This document shows, piece after piece, positions 1 to 9,208 of a stretch of DNA of 54,815 nt. Made by a program: the position numbers and the translations under genes. The notes beneath the pieces were generated by a model, which saw nothing but the letters and a program-made list of their open reading frames with translations, searched no databases and had not been told where the DNA came from. The stretch is from assembly GCA_018238155.1 (NCBI GenBank), contig JABCTZ010000031.1:1-54815 (forward strand), written 5' to 3'. This stretch comes from Candidatus Heimdallarchaeota archaeon (GTDB lineage: Archaea; Asgardarchaeota; Heimdallarchaeia; JABLTI01). Each line of letters starts with the position of its first letter. The first letter of the stretch is position 1.

Positions 1-45
1 AAGTATTAGAGAATGAGAGAGTGTATTGTAAGAAAGGTTGTTAGT

Positions 46-123
46 CTTTACTAATCTTTTCTTTACTAATCTTTTCTTTACTAATCTTTTCTTTACTAAT
101 CTTTTCTTTACTAATCTTTTCTT
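46..123. repeat. Perfect tandem repeat, 5 copies of 15-bp CTTTACTAATCTTTT plus a partial copy
   Basis: Units at 46-60, 61-75, 76-90, 91-105 and 106-120, with no spacers. Confidence 0.97.
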
Positions 124-144
124 CGCAAAAGGAATGATAAGAAA

Positions 145-1302
145 ATGAAAAAAATAACTACAATTAATACTTTACTGGTATTTTTGGTTATCATTGGAAC
201 AATCATTGCTAATTTGAGCACAGTCGTTTCAATAATGCCAAAAAGTACAACGGAAAGAGATGTGGTAAAAGTAGACAATAAAACTACAATTACTAATGCC
301 AACGAGTTTGATATAAAGACCTTAACAGAAATTGCTGATTACATTAGTATTCAAGCTGCTCAAAACGATTTTGAGATATCTGCAATGGTTTATTCATCAG
401 GATTATTATTTGAATCTGATAACTCACTAATAATAATAGGTCATGGACATTTTAGTTCTAATAATCAATATTTCATTGCTGATTATTCAGAAAATAATAT
501 ACATGAGATGGCAAATGATAAGGAAACGGTAGCGTTGCTTTCATGTTATTCCTCAAATATCAAACTAGTAAATGAAAGACAATTGACTTATGACACTCAA
601 ATTGATCTTATTACAGTAATGAATGATTTATCTACTATTCTTCAGTGGGAGAAAACTGCTTCATTTTCACCATGCAAAAATATTCAATTAATCGATCTTG
701 ACCCAGGTGATAGTGGTAATGGTGGTTTTAATCCAAATCTTGCTCCAAGACGTTTAGTGAATGGTGTTAAAAGTGCAACATCATATTCTACAATTTGGAA
801 CCTTAATTACGAATCAGCTGCAATTAGTTTAACAAATTACATGTTAGGAAATATTGGCATTCGAGTCGAGTTCTCATTTTCCACTACATTTTATGAAGAA
901 TTGTCCTCGGGTGATTGGCAATTAAAATATCACACTGCAACATATGATGCTTGGTCCCATATAGAAGGTGATATGAAAACCTATATCAAAATTACTAACA
1001 TTAAAATTGATGCCATTAGTAAGAACGATGAAATTTCAATAACAGTCGACGAATTAATGGTCGCTATTTCAAAAGATGGAAAAACTGGTCTCTTGGAGAC
1101 AATGGGTCAGTTAGCTGGGATTTTTGCAGGAGTTTTTGTAGTCTTTATGACAGGATATATTTCTTGTGAGATAGCAATAGCAGTGGGTGCTGCTTCACTT
1201 GCAGGACTTTCATACCTATGTGCATGTTTAGCAGTCTTATTCGTTTTTCTAACAATTTATTTAGTTATAATCCGTGCTATTCTTTATATAACCTGGATAT
1301 GA
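145..1302 (+). CDS. Secreted/membrane protein with putative clan-CD (caspase/CHAT-like) protease domain and hydrophobic C-terminal helices
   Basis: N-terminal MKK + hydrophobic stretch; IIIGHG (His100) and VALLSCYS (Cys134); Gly/Asp/Pro linker; long hydrophobic C-terminus. Confidence 0.5.
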   Translation: MKKITTINTLLVFLVIIGTIIANLSTVVSIMPKSTTERDVVKVDNKTTITNANEFDIKTLTEIADYISIQAAQNDFEISAMVYSSGLLFESDNSLIIIGHGHFSSNNQYFIADYSENNIHEMANDKETVALLSCYSSNIKLVNERQLTYDTQIDLITVMNDLSTILQWEKTASFSPCKNIQLIDLDPGDSGNGGFNPNLAPRRLVNGVKSATSYSTIWNLNYESAAISLTNYMLGNIGIRVEFSFSTTFYEELSSGDWQLKYHTATYDAWSHIEGDMKTYIKITNIKIDAISKNDEISITVDELMVAISKDGKTGLLETMGQLAGIFAGVFVVFMTGYISCEIAIAVGAASLAGLSYLCACLAVLFVFLTIYLVIIRAILYITWI

Positions 1303-1333
1303 AAAAAGCTAATTCCAAGGAGATGATAGAGAA

Positions 1334-1789
1334 GTGAATCTGACAAACCATAATTCAAATAATCAGGATATGGATATGAACGCGGAAAAAACTGCTACAA
1401 TAAAATTTATTCTAATTTCTATTCATCTAGTTCTTTTTATGTTTGGTTCTGTGATTACTCCTAACATTTTACATAAAGTACTATCTGAAGAAATAGGACT
1501 TCTAAATCAAAGATTTTATTTTTTTTCTCTAGTATTATGGCTTCCTCTTTTCCTGTTTTCTGCTACAATTTTTGTTTTAGTTCGATTTTTGAACTATTTT
1601 AGTCAAGGCAATACAGATGAAGTATCCCAGAAATCTGTTTTTAGAGATACATTAAAGGAACTACGTAAGCCATCTCAGAAAAGGACAAAAAAAATGGCAC
1701 TGCTATTTTGGACACTACTAATTCTATCTTTTCTTTCAATCATAGCTTCGCAACTGTTTCTATTCTTTGGGATTACTTTTTTGATATGA
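1334..1789 (+). CDS. Small membrane protein with about 3 TM helices, possible immunity protein
   Basis: Three hydrophobic segments; starts about 30 bp after the upstream gene behind a GGAG SD-like motif. Confidence 0.55.
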   Translation: MNLTNHNSNNQDMDMNAEKTATIKFILISIHLVLFMFGSVITPNILHKVLSEEIGLLNQRFYFFSLVLWLPLFLFSATIFVLVRFLNYFSQGNTDEVSQKSVFRDTLKELRKPSQKRTKKMALLFWTLLILSFLSIIASQLFLFFGITFLI

Positions 1790-1990
1790 AGGTCAATGTA
1801 AAATCTTGGAAAAAGAATGTTCTTAGATAAGACATCTGAGCATATTCTCTTTTTTTTATGTAGAAGTGCCCTCGACTATAACAAATTTATACATTTTACT
1901 TATTTCATTTTTTAACAAGAATAAAAACCTTTCATTCTATATTCTGTACTCAAGATTTAATTAAAACTAACTTTACATTCGAAAATCTTT

Positions 1991-3001
1991 TTGAGGAGGA
2001 CGCCCTTAGGTACGATGAAGATAATGATAACTCAATCAAATGGTTTTAGACGCCTGACCAACCATATTCGAATGTGTGGAGAATTGGCGTGTCTCCTTGA
2101 GGTTTCTGCTACGCCAAAACCAGGAAATGTGCATCGTTTCAGAGATTTCAAGGATGTTCGATATGAGGACTTTTTAGCATCAAGTGTTTCCTTTGGCTCT
2201 TTTATCGAAGAATTGGCTATGAAGGGTTTTCTTATCACCCAAGAGAAAATTAGCTGGGAACAAATAAATTTAGGATTAACCATACAAAAAGCAATTAGCT
2301 CAAGTAGTTTCTTTCACAAAAACAGTAATACAAACTTAGGTATTATTCTCTTACTCTCTCCTATGTGTGTTGCAGCTGGAATGTGCATAGATAAAGGCGA
2401 ATCTTTATGTGATCTTAAAGCACTCCAAACAAACGTTATCAAAGTAATGGATCATACAACTATAGATGATTCTATTAACGTCTCTAGAGGTATTGTTTCT
2501 GCTAAACCTGGTGGGTTAGGTACTGTCGAACAGTATGATGTGAATGATCTTTCTGTTTACAAAGATCTCCGAAAAAATAAGATCAATCTTTTAACTCTTA
2601 TGGAGGATTGTAGCTCTCGAGATAACATCTGTTTCGAGCTTGCAAAAGGCTATCCAATTACCTTTGGTCTTGCTCTCCCATCTTTGCAGCGTTCACTGCT
2701 TATTGGAAAAGATATCAATTTAGCAATTATTGACTCCTATCTAGCAATTCTTTCAGAGTACCCTGATACTTTGATTAGTCGTAAATTTGGCATCACAAGA
2801 GCACAAAAATTTTCTATTCGTGCAAAATCGATTATTGAACTTGGTGGCGCTTTAACTGTTGATGGTCGAAGGGAGCTTGAAGAATTTGATATTGAGCTTC
2901 GTGAAGAAGAGGAGAAGATAAATCCCGGAACGAGTGCTGATTTGATTGCATCCATGCTTTTTGCTTATCTCCTTTCGGGAGGAAAGCTCACTCATTATTA
3001 A
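1991..3001 (+). CDS. citG: Triphosphoribosyl-dephospho-CoA synthase (CitG family)
   Basis: LEVSATPKPGNVHR, NTNLG, DTLISRKFG and INPGTSADL motifs; true start probably a downstream ATG. Confidence 0.88.
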   Translation: MRRTPLGTMKIMITQSNGFRRLTNHIRMCGELACLLEVSATPKPGNVHRFRDFKDVRYEDFLASSVSFGSFIEELAMKGFLITQEKISWEQINLGLTIQKAISSSSFFHKNSNTNLGIILLLSPMCVAAGMCIDKGESLCDLKALQTNVIKVMDHTTIDDSINVSRGIVSAKPGGLGTVEQYDVNDLSVYKDLRKNKINLLTLMEDCSSRDNICFELAKGYPITFGLALPSLQRSLLIGKDINLAIIDSYLAILSEYPDTLISRKFGITRAQKFSIRAKSIIELGGALTVDGRRELEEFDIELREEEEKINPGTSADLIASMLFAYLLSGGKLTHY

Positions 3002-3158
3002 TTGTCACTAGAGTAATATTTAATAGGCTTTTTTTTCCTAAATGAGATTATTTATAATTGTATTAGAAATATTATTTTATCCTAGTTATGCTAGAAATAC
3101 AAGAAAAAAATTATTTGCTGGTAAATACTACTAACCAGATATAGGATGAAGAAGAGAA

Positions 3159-4103
3159 TTGAGTACGAAAGAAACAAAAGAAAGTGAAGACTTAGAACAA
3201 GAATTAGCCTTTTTCAGAAATCAAACGAAAGTTTTGCGTGAAAAAAACCGTGACTTAAGGAATGCCTTGCTGATATCCGAAGCAGAGCAAGAAAGCAAAG
3301 AGCCAAAGGAAACTACTCAAGAATCTATATCTGATATCCGTAAAATTATTGCTGATTCCAAGAAACAAATCACTGAAAAATTGCAACGATTTAAAGAAAC
3401 AATTGATGAGGAATCACCATCAAAAGATGGATCCACAACTGCTCCTCCTACTGCAGGAGCTGAAGGAAAATCTGGCAAAGTGGGAGAAGGCGCTCCATCT
3501 GCTCCACAATACAGCGCAAAAATGGATAACGTAGCACAGTCTTCCACAGATGGAATGAATACTTCTGCAGAAGTTGAATCACTTGCACATCAAGTTGCTT
3601 ATCTGAAAAAAGAAATTGATCGAAATGAAGTTTTCTTAGAACAGTCTGAAATGGTCAATAGTAGATTAAGGCAATTATTAGTAGAACATAATATTGATCT
3701 CTCAGAAATCACTAAAGCAATTAGTCAAGCTTCAAAAACAGCAACTTCCTCAACTGCTATAACGAAAGAAGAAACAGCCTCTACAGGAAAGGAATCAAAA
3801 CATCATGAAGCAAAAACAACTCCTTCTCCAAAGAAGGATGAAAAAGTCGAAGAATTAGAACCTGCAATATCAAAAGCATTCATTGATTTTGAAGATAAAA
3901 TAGGTGGTCAAATAAGTGATGATGATATTAAAATGGAAATCTTGGAATTTAGAGAATTGCTTATGAATATGATCCCCCACTCTCGAGTCTTTTACGAAAT
4001 GCAAGTGGAATATCGTAAATGGAAACGAGGAATTAGCTCAGTTAAAGGTTTACAAAACGCTATTAAAGAGTGGAAAAAAACCATTGCTTCTATGATGGAG
4101 TAA
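3159..4103 (+). CDS. Hypothetical coiled-coil protein with low-complexity linkers
   Basis: 314-aa ORF with heptad-rich charged segments and S/T/A/P/G-rich linkers. Confidence 0.7.
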   Translation: MSTKETKESEDLEQELAFFRNQTKVLREKNRDLRNALLISEAEQESKEPKETTQESISDIRKIIADSKKQITEKLQRFKETIDEESPSKDGSTTAPPTAGAEGKSGKVGEGAPSAPQYSAKMDNVAQSSTDGMNTSAEVESLAHQVAYLKKEIDRNEVFLEQSEMVNSRLRQLLVEHNIDLSEITKAISQASKTATSSTAITKEETASTGKESKHHEAKTTPSPKKDEKVEELEPAISKAFIDFEDKIGGQISDDDIKMEILEFRELLMNMIPHSRVFYEMQVEYRKWKRGISSVKGLQNAIKEWKKTIASMME

Positions 4104-4470
4104 TTTCCATCAAATCTTTAATAAAATTCTTTTTTCTTATCGTTTGATTGGTGGAATTAAGGGGAGGGAGGTGAGAAAATGTTCCCTCCCTTCGGATGTA
4201 TATGGAGGACTGAACCCTATCTGTAAAAACAGGGTTTTTTCTATCGAGGTGATAGATGAGGTTGAATTGGTGTATTCTTTTATCTAATATAAAGGTCAAT
4301 AACACCGTAATACTCGTAGAACTTACCTTCTGCAAATACGCGCATATTATCAATATATTACCTACTCAATTCTCTCTTCGTGATTTGATATTGGTTCTTT
4401 CCCAAGTTTTAAATAGTTACAAAAATGCTTTTATTACTGAATACTTGTATACTACTGTGGTGGTAAATGC

Positions 4471-5265
4471 TTGAGTTTTACCGAGGATGTTATTGAACAA
4501 TTGAAAAAGCTTGGTTTTAATGAATACCAGGCAAAGATCTATACTGCCCTAGTAGGACTAGGGGTTGCAACTGCTTCTGAAATATCTCAAGCAAGTGGTG
4601 TTCCACCAAACAAAGTGTACTCTGTTATTGATACTTTAAAGAAACGCGGGTTGGTTTTAGCACAAGAAAGTGATACTTCGACTAATCGATATAGACCTCG
4701 CTCACCAGATAATGTTATAAAAGACATTAGAAATGAGTATGAAACCGCATTAAAAAAAACAGAAGAAAAATTATTTGCTCTCTATGAAAGAAGCAAAAAA
4801 GCATTCATTCCCGAAATGTGGATTCTCCGAGGGTCACAAGCGGTTTTCAGTAAAATTAAAGAGATGATTATGGATGCTGAAGAAGCAATTTTAATCGGTA
4901 TTGATAGTCCATTCGATTTACACCTCCATGGGATTGATCTAGTGTTAAAAAATGCTCAAGGACATTTAAAATCAATCAAAATTATTACTGGTGAAGATGG
5001 TATTGATAATCCTGGAGAAGTAAATATTCTCAATGAAATGAAGGATTATACTAAAATTCGCATTTCTGATAATTTCCATGCTATATGGGTAATCATTGAT
5101 TCAAGAGAAATCCTTCAAGGAACTTATGCACAACTTGAGGGAGGAATAGAGTTGGGTGTCATGGCTACTTGGTCAGACAATCAAAGTTTCTCAGAACTTT
5201 GGCAGAGATTTAGCAATTCATTATGGGATGGAGCAAGACCTTTCAAAGGAACAAAAAACAAATAA
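4471..5265 (+). CDS. TrmB-family transcriptional regulator
   Basis: LGFNEYQAKIYTAL...TASEISQASGVP.NKVYSVI wHTH; C-terminal PLD-like effector domain (HAIWVIIDS). Confidence 0.9.
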   Translation: MSFTEDVIEQLKKLGFNEYQAKIYTALVGLGVATASEISQASGVPPNKVYSVIDTLKKRGLVLAQESDTSTNRYRPRSPDNVIKDIRNEYETALKKTEEKLFALYERSKKAFIPEMWILRGSQAVFSKIKEMIMDAEEAILIGIDSPFDLHLHGIDLVLKNAQGHLKSIKIITGEDGIDNPGEVNILNEMKDYTKIRISDNFHAIWVIIDSREILQGTYAQLEGGIELGVMATWSDNQSFSELWQRFSNSLWDGARPFKGTKNK

Positions 5266-5325
5266 TTGTAAAATAAAAGGGAAGAGAGAAACTTGCTGTA
5301 ACAAATAAAAGTTAAGCAAGTAGTT

Positions 5326-6021
5326 TCATGCTTTTTGCCAAAAGCTAAATTCTTCTTCATCTTTTGCTTTTTTAGGTTTGGCTTTTGCTTTAGCTGCTCT
5401 TTTCTTTTCATTCTCCATAATAACTTCAATAACATTAGCAAAAAGATCGGGAACACTAATACCTGTTTTAGCAGAAGTCTCAATATAGATCAATTTCTTA
5501 TTTTTGGCATAGGTTTGGGCTTCTTCTAAAGAAATTTTTCTCTGATCACCGATGTCAATTTTATTACCAACGAGTGTAACGGGAATATCGCCTGCATTAT
5601 TTCTGATTTGTTTCAACCAATACTCGAGACTATTGAAAGAGTTTCTATTGGTGATATCATAAACAAGAATGGCACCTGCAGCACCCGAGAAATAGAAAGG
5701 TAATAAGGACATAACAAACTCTTGACCTCCTGTGTCCCAAAGTTGTGCTTTTATTATTTTCCCATCTAAAGTGACTGTTTTTGTTAAGAAGTCTACTCCT
5801 AGTGTTGGAAGATATGATTCTCTGAATCTATCTTCTGCAAAACGAATCGTTAAACTTGTTTTTCCAACCTTTCCTGCACCTACTACAATTACTTTGAATA
5901 AATGCTGATATTTGGGTCCTCTTGTTCTAGATATTTTTTTCAACTCCTCTAAACAACAATACTGATAACTATCTACATTTTTGGCATTCATCTTTATATT
6001 AGTTCTTCTATTAACAATCAA
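5326..6021 (-). CDS. Rab-like small GTPase (Ras superfamily)
   Basis: G1 GAGKVGKT, G2 PTLG, G3 WDTGGQE, G4 NKID, G5 ETSAK; polybasic tail; true start probably downstream of the called one. Confidence 0.93.
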   Translation of the reverse strand: MIVNRRTNIKMNAKNVDSYQYCCLEELKKISRTRGPKYQHLFKVIVVGAGKVGKTSLTIRFAEDRFRESYLPTLGVDFLTKTVTLDGKIIKAQLWDTGGQEFVMSLLPFYFSGAAGAILVYDITNRNSFNSLEYWLKQIRNNAGDIPVTLVGNKIDIGDQRKISLEEAQTYAKNKKLIYIETSAKTGISVPDLFANVIEVIMENEKKRAAKAKAKPKKAKDEEEFSFWQKA

Positions 6022-6071
6022 TTGTGAAAATAGTCTTATTTCAGAGCACTAGACTCTGAAAAAAATCTTTG

Positions 6072-6887
6072 CTATCGTCTCGCCCATAGTTCTACGCCAA
6101 TTACTTTGTTTTTCGCAACCAAGATTCTAGGATAATAGTTTTCTGCTGGAAATACTCCTTCTGGTAATGTCGAAAGTTCTTCTAGTCTGAATTTTCCATT
6201 TCTCAAATCTTTTTTGTTATCTCCCAACAGAATATATAGTTTAGGTGTTACTAGAATATAGTCACATTCAGATTTTTCGGGTGGTTCTAATGTTACCATT
6301 GTTTTTATTACCTTTACCAATTTCGCAGGCATATCTTTTGTTAAGAAAGCAATCTCTTCCTTGGTCAACTTCTCTGGTGCGGGTTTAGGTAAAACTTCAA
6401 CTGGTTTTTCTTTTGTTTTTGTGAACATAATAATTTCTGGTTTAGATAGAGAGGTTACATTCGTTCTTTGAGGTTTTGAAGTCACTGTTTTTTCTGCGGT
6501 TGTACCATCATCTTCTTGCATACCTCCTAACAATTCTAAAATGGGTAAAAAGTCTTCATCAATTCCTTCCCATTCCTCAACATGTTTAATTCTATATCCT
6601 CTTTGTAATCTCTTTTGAGATGCAAGTCTAGCTGAGGCGAATTTTTGAACGATAGTTACATCATTTCCTTTGAAGACGTAAATGTAACGAGTGTCATGCG
6701 AAACGACAATCAGTAATGATTTATGCGTTACTTTTACATCATTGAATTCTACTTTAAATTCTTCTCCCTCTAAGTTTACTTCATAGCAGTCTAGTAACAT
6801 GTTTTTCACGATTCTTTTATGGCTAATTCTATGTATGTGTAAAGTTTCAGTAAAAAAAGAGTTTCGAATGTGACATAAAAAAAACAT
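6072..6887 (-). CDS. Gelsolin-like domain protein with additional C-terminal domain
   Basis: LIVV..DTRYIYVFKG.DVTIVQKFASARLA...HVEE.....DF resembles a gelsolin repeat; true start probably MLLDC. Confidence 0.65.
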   Translation of the reverse strand: MFFLCHIRNSFFTETLHIHRISHKRIVKNMLLDCYEVNLEGEEFKVEFNDVKVTHKSLLIVVSHDTRYIYVFKGNDVTIVQKFASARLASQKRLQRGYRIKHVEEWEGIDEDFLPILELLGGMQEDDGTTAEKTVTSKPQRTNVTSLSKPEIIMFTKTKEKPVEVLPKPAPEKLTKEEIAFLTKDMPAKLVKVIKTMVTLEPPEKSECDYILVTPKLYILLGDNKKDLRNGKFRLEELSTLPEGVFPAENYYPRILVAKNKVIGVELWARR

Positions 6888-7041
6888 TTAATTTGGTGAA
6901 AAAATGACCATTTAATAGCAAAAGAAGCCGTTTTTCAACAAATTTAGCTTGTTGAGAGCCTTTCACCTCAATCGAATAGTAGAAATACTCGAACAACAAT
7001 GCTTTTTTTACGCCATTTTATGGTAGAATGATAGATATCAG

Positions 7042-7881
7042 GTGAGGACTAATATGCAAGTAGTTGATAGAGAAAAAGTCACTAATGAGATATTGGATCT
7101 CCTAACTCAACAGAATTTCAAAAAAGCAAAGGAAATGTGGACATTTCTTACTACAAATGACGAGATTCAAGGGACAATTAAAGCTGGGAATCGTCTTGCA
7201 GTAAAATATCTTAATTACACAGATCACGGACTCGATCATGTCACAATTGTTTGTAAGAACGTTTTACAAATTATTGAAGTTGTTACTAATGAAATTAAGC
7301 CGGCAATCCTTCGACAAGAGATTGGTGATTTGGATGATGTAGCAGTAGTTTGTTTAGCTGCTTGCTATTTACATGATGTCGGTCATGTAATCCATAGGAA
7401 TCATCATGAATTATCTTCCTCTCTTATGGCTAAGGATTTCTTAATTAGCAAATTGAAGAAACTTTACCCTGATGTTGATAAACGCTTTGATATTCTTTCA
7501 CATATTCAGCATGCAATTTTGGCTCATGATGAGGATATACAATGTTTAACTCCCGAAGCGGGTTTTGTTACTATTGCTGATGGATTAGATATGTGTGGTG
7601 GAAGATCTCGAAAGCCCTATGACTTAGGTAAAATAGATATTCATTCAATTTCTGCTTTGAGCATTTCTGCGGTTGAAATTCAGAAAGGAACGAAGAAGAA
7701 ACCACTCAGACTTAATGTTCTGATGATTTCAGAAGCAGGCATCTTCCAAGTTGAAGAAGTTTTCTTACCAAAATTACGTTCATCGGGACTAGCTGATGTT
7801 GTTGAGATTAACACTCTTGTTAATGGAAAACCTCTTGCTCTCTCGCAAGTTTTGCGAATGTACAGAAAATTCGATGAATAG
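7042..7881 (+). CDS. HD-domain metal-dependent phosphohydrolase
   Basis: DHGLDH, YLHDVGH, AHD and IADGLD motifs. Confidence 0.88.
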   Translation: MRTNMQVVDREKVTNEILDLLTQQNFKKAKEMWTFLTTNDEIQGTIKAGNRLAVKYLNYTDHGLDHVTIVCKNVLQIIEVVTNEIKPAILRQEIGDLDDVAVVCLAACYLHDVGHVIHRNHHELSSSLMAKDFLISKLKKLYPDVDKRFDILSHIQHAILAHDEDIQCLTPEAGFVTIADGLDMCGGRSRKPYDLGKIDIHSISALSISAVEIQKGTKKKPLRLNVLMISEAGIFQVEEVFLPKLRSSGLADVVEINTLVNGKPLALSQVLRMYRKFDE

Positions 7882-8031
7882 TTACAAAATATGTTGGTCT
7901 AAATAGAAAGACCCTTCTATTCTTTTTTTGTTTGAAATCATCTCAAAGTAATGATTGAATTTAGGCTTATCTTAAGATAGTTTTTACTAATTAGTTTCTC
8001 ATTGATCTTACAACAAAAATGCTACACTCAA

Positions 8032-9093
8032 TTAATCTATCCGCCAATAAGGTTTCAATAATTTTTTAAGTTCTCCAAGTGTGGCTTTGATTTGATTTTT
8101 GTTACCACTTGAATTGAGATTGCTTAATAATTTCTTGGAGTTAAATTCATAATCTGTAAGAAATGGTTTCATGCTTGCTGTAAAGGCTCGACCAAGCTCA
8201 TCAAATTTGTATCCTCCTTCTAATGTTAAGGCTACCTTTCCATGACAAACTTCGTTAGCAAGTTGTGCAATTCTTTCTCCAATTGCTTGAAATCCGGAAA
8301 CTGAAAGACTGAGATAACCATACGGATCTCCATTTAGTCCATCGTAACCTGCTGAAACTAGAATTACATCTGGTTTGTACTCTCGAACGATTGATGGTAC
8401 AATTTTATCAAAAGCTTCTAAATATTCTTTATCACCAGTTTTTTCGGGTAAAGGAATACAAATATTGTATCCTGTGCCTTCTCCTTCGCCAATTTCTGCT
8501 TCTCTCCCTTGATATGGGAAGCTTAATTTTGGGTCTATATGTAATGATACATTTAATATATCATTTCTTTCATAAAAGATATCTGCTGTTCCATTTCCAT
8601 AATGGTTATCAAAATCAATTATGGCAATTTTCTTTGCTTTTTTCTTTTCAATAAGATGATTTGCTGCAATTGCTAGATTATTGAAGAAACAGAATCCCAT
8701 TGCATTTGTTCTTGTAGCATGATGTCCTGGTGGTCTCGTTAAAGCAAAAGCAACTTGGTTTTCACTACTAACAGCTAATTCTCCGGCTTTTATTGCCCCT
8801 CCAACAGAGCGCAATGCTGCTTGAAATGTAAATTCATTTGTAATAGTGTCACCAGTAATTGCAACGTCTCCAACCATACTTCCATGCTTTACAGTATCTA
8901 CTAACTGCTCCGTGTGAATTGTTTTAAGGATTTTTTCCGTAGCAAGTTCAGCTGAAATTAATGTTACATCTTTCCTTTCAAGAAAACCACTTGCGGTTAG
9001 CTCTTTTTTTATCACTCGCAAACGTTTGGGGTTTTCAAGAATTTGAGGCATCTTATGTTTATAATAATCATTGTGTTCGATAAAGGAGATCAA
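8032..9093 (-). CDS. Histone deacetylase / acetoin utilization AcuC family protein
   Basis: RPPGHHA, GFCFFNN, DFDNHYGNGT, SAGYDG and LEGGY motifs. Confidence 0.93.
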   Translation of the reverse strand: MISFIEHNDYYKHKMPQILENPKRLRVIKKELTASGFLERKDVTLISAELATEKILKTIHTEQLVDTVKHGSMVGDVAITGDTITNEFTFQAALRSVGGAIKAGELAVSSENQVAFALTRPPGHHATRTNAMGFCFFNNLAIAANHLIEKKKAKKIAIIDFDNHYGNGTADIFYERNDILNVSLHIDPKLSFPYQGREAEIGEGEGTGYNICIPLPEKTGDKEYLEAFDKIVPSIVREYKPDVILVSAGYDGLNGDPYGYLSLSVSGFQAIGERIAQLANEVCHGKVALTLEGGYKFDELGRAFTASMKPFLTDYEFNSKKLLSNLNSSGNKNQIKATLGELKKLLKPYWRID

Positions 9094-9208
9094 ATGGTAT
9101 CAACTCTCAAGCAGTTTTTTCTTACTAGTGATTTCTATGTGTTCATTTACCAAGACATCTTCTTTTTAACCTTTACGCCTTCTAGCCGTCAAAACAATTC
9201 TTTGGAGG

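Noticed and set aside
46-123. Possible CRISPR array
   Set aside because: Contiguous identical 15-bp units with no spacers, and no cas genes in the window.
4090-4474. Short overlapping ORFs upstream of trmB
   Set aside because: No motifs; they overlap a hairpin and promoter region on opposite strands.
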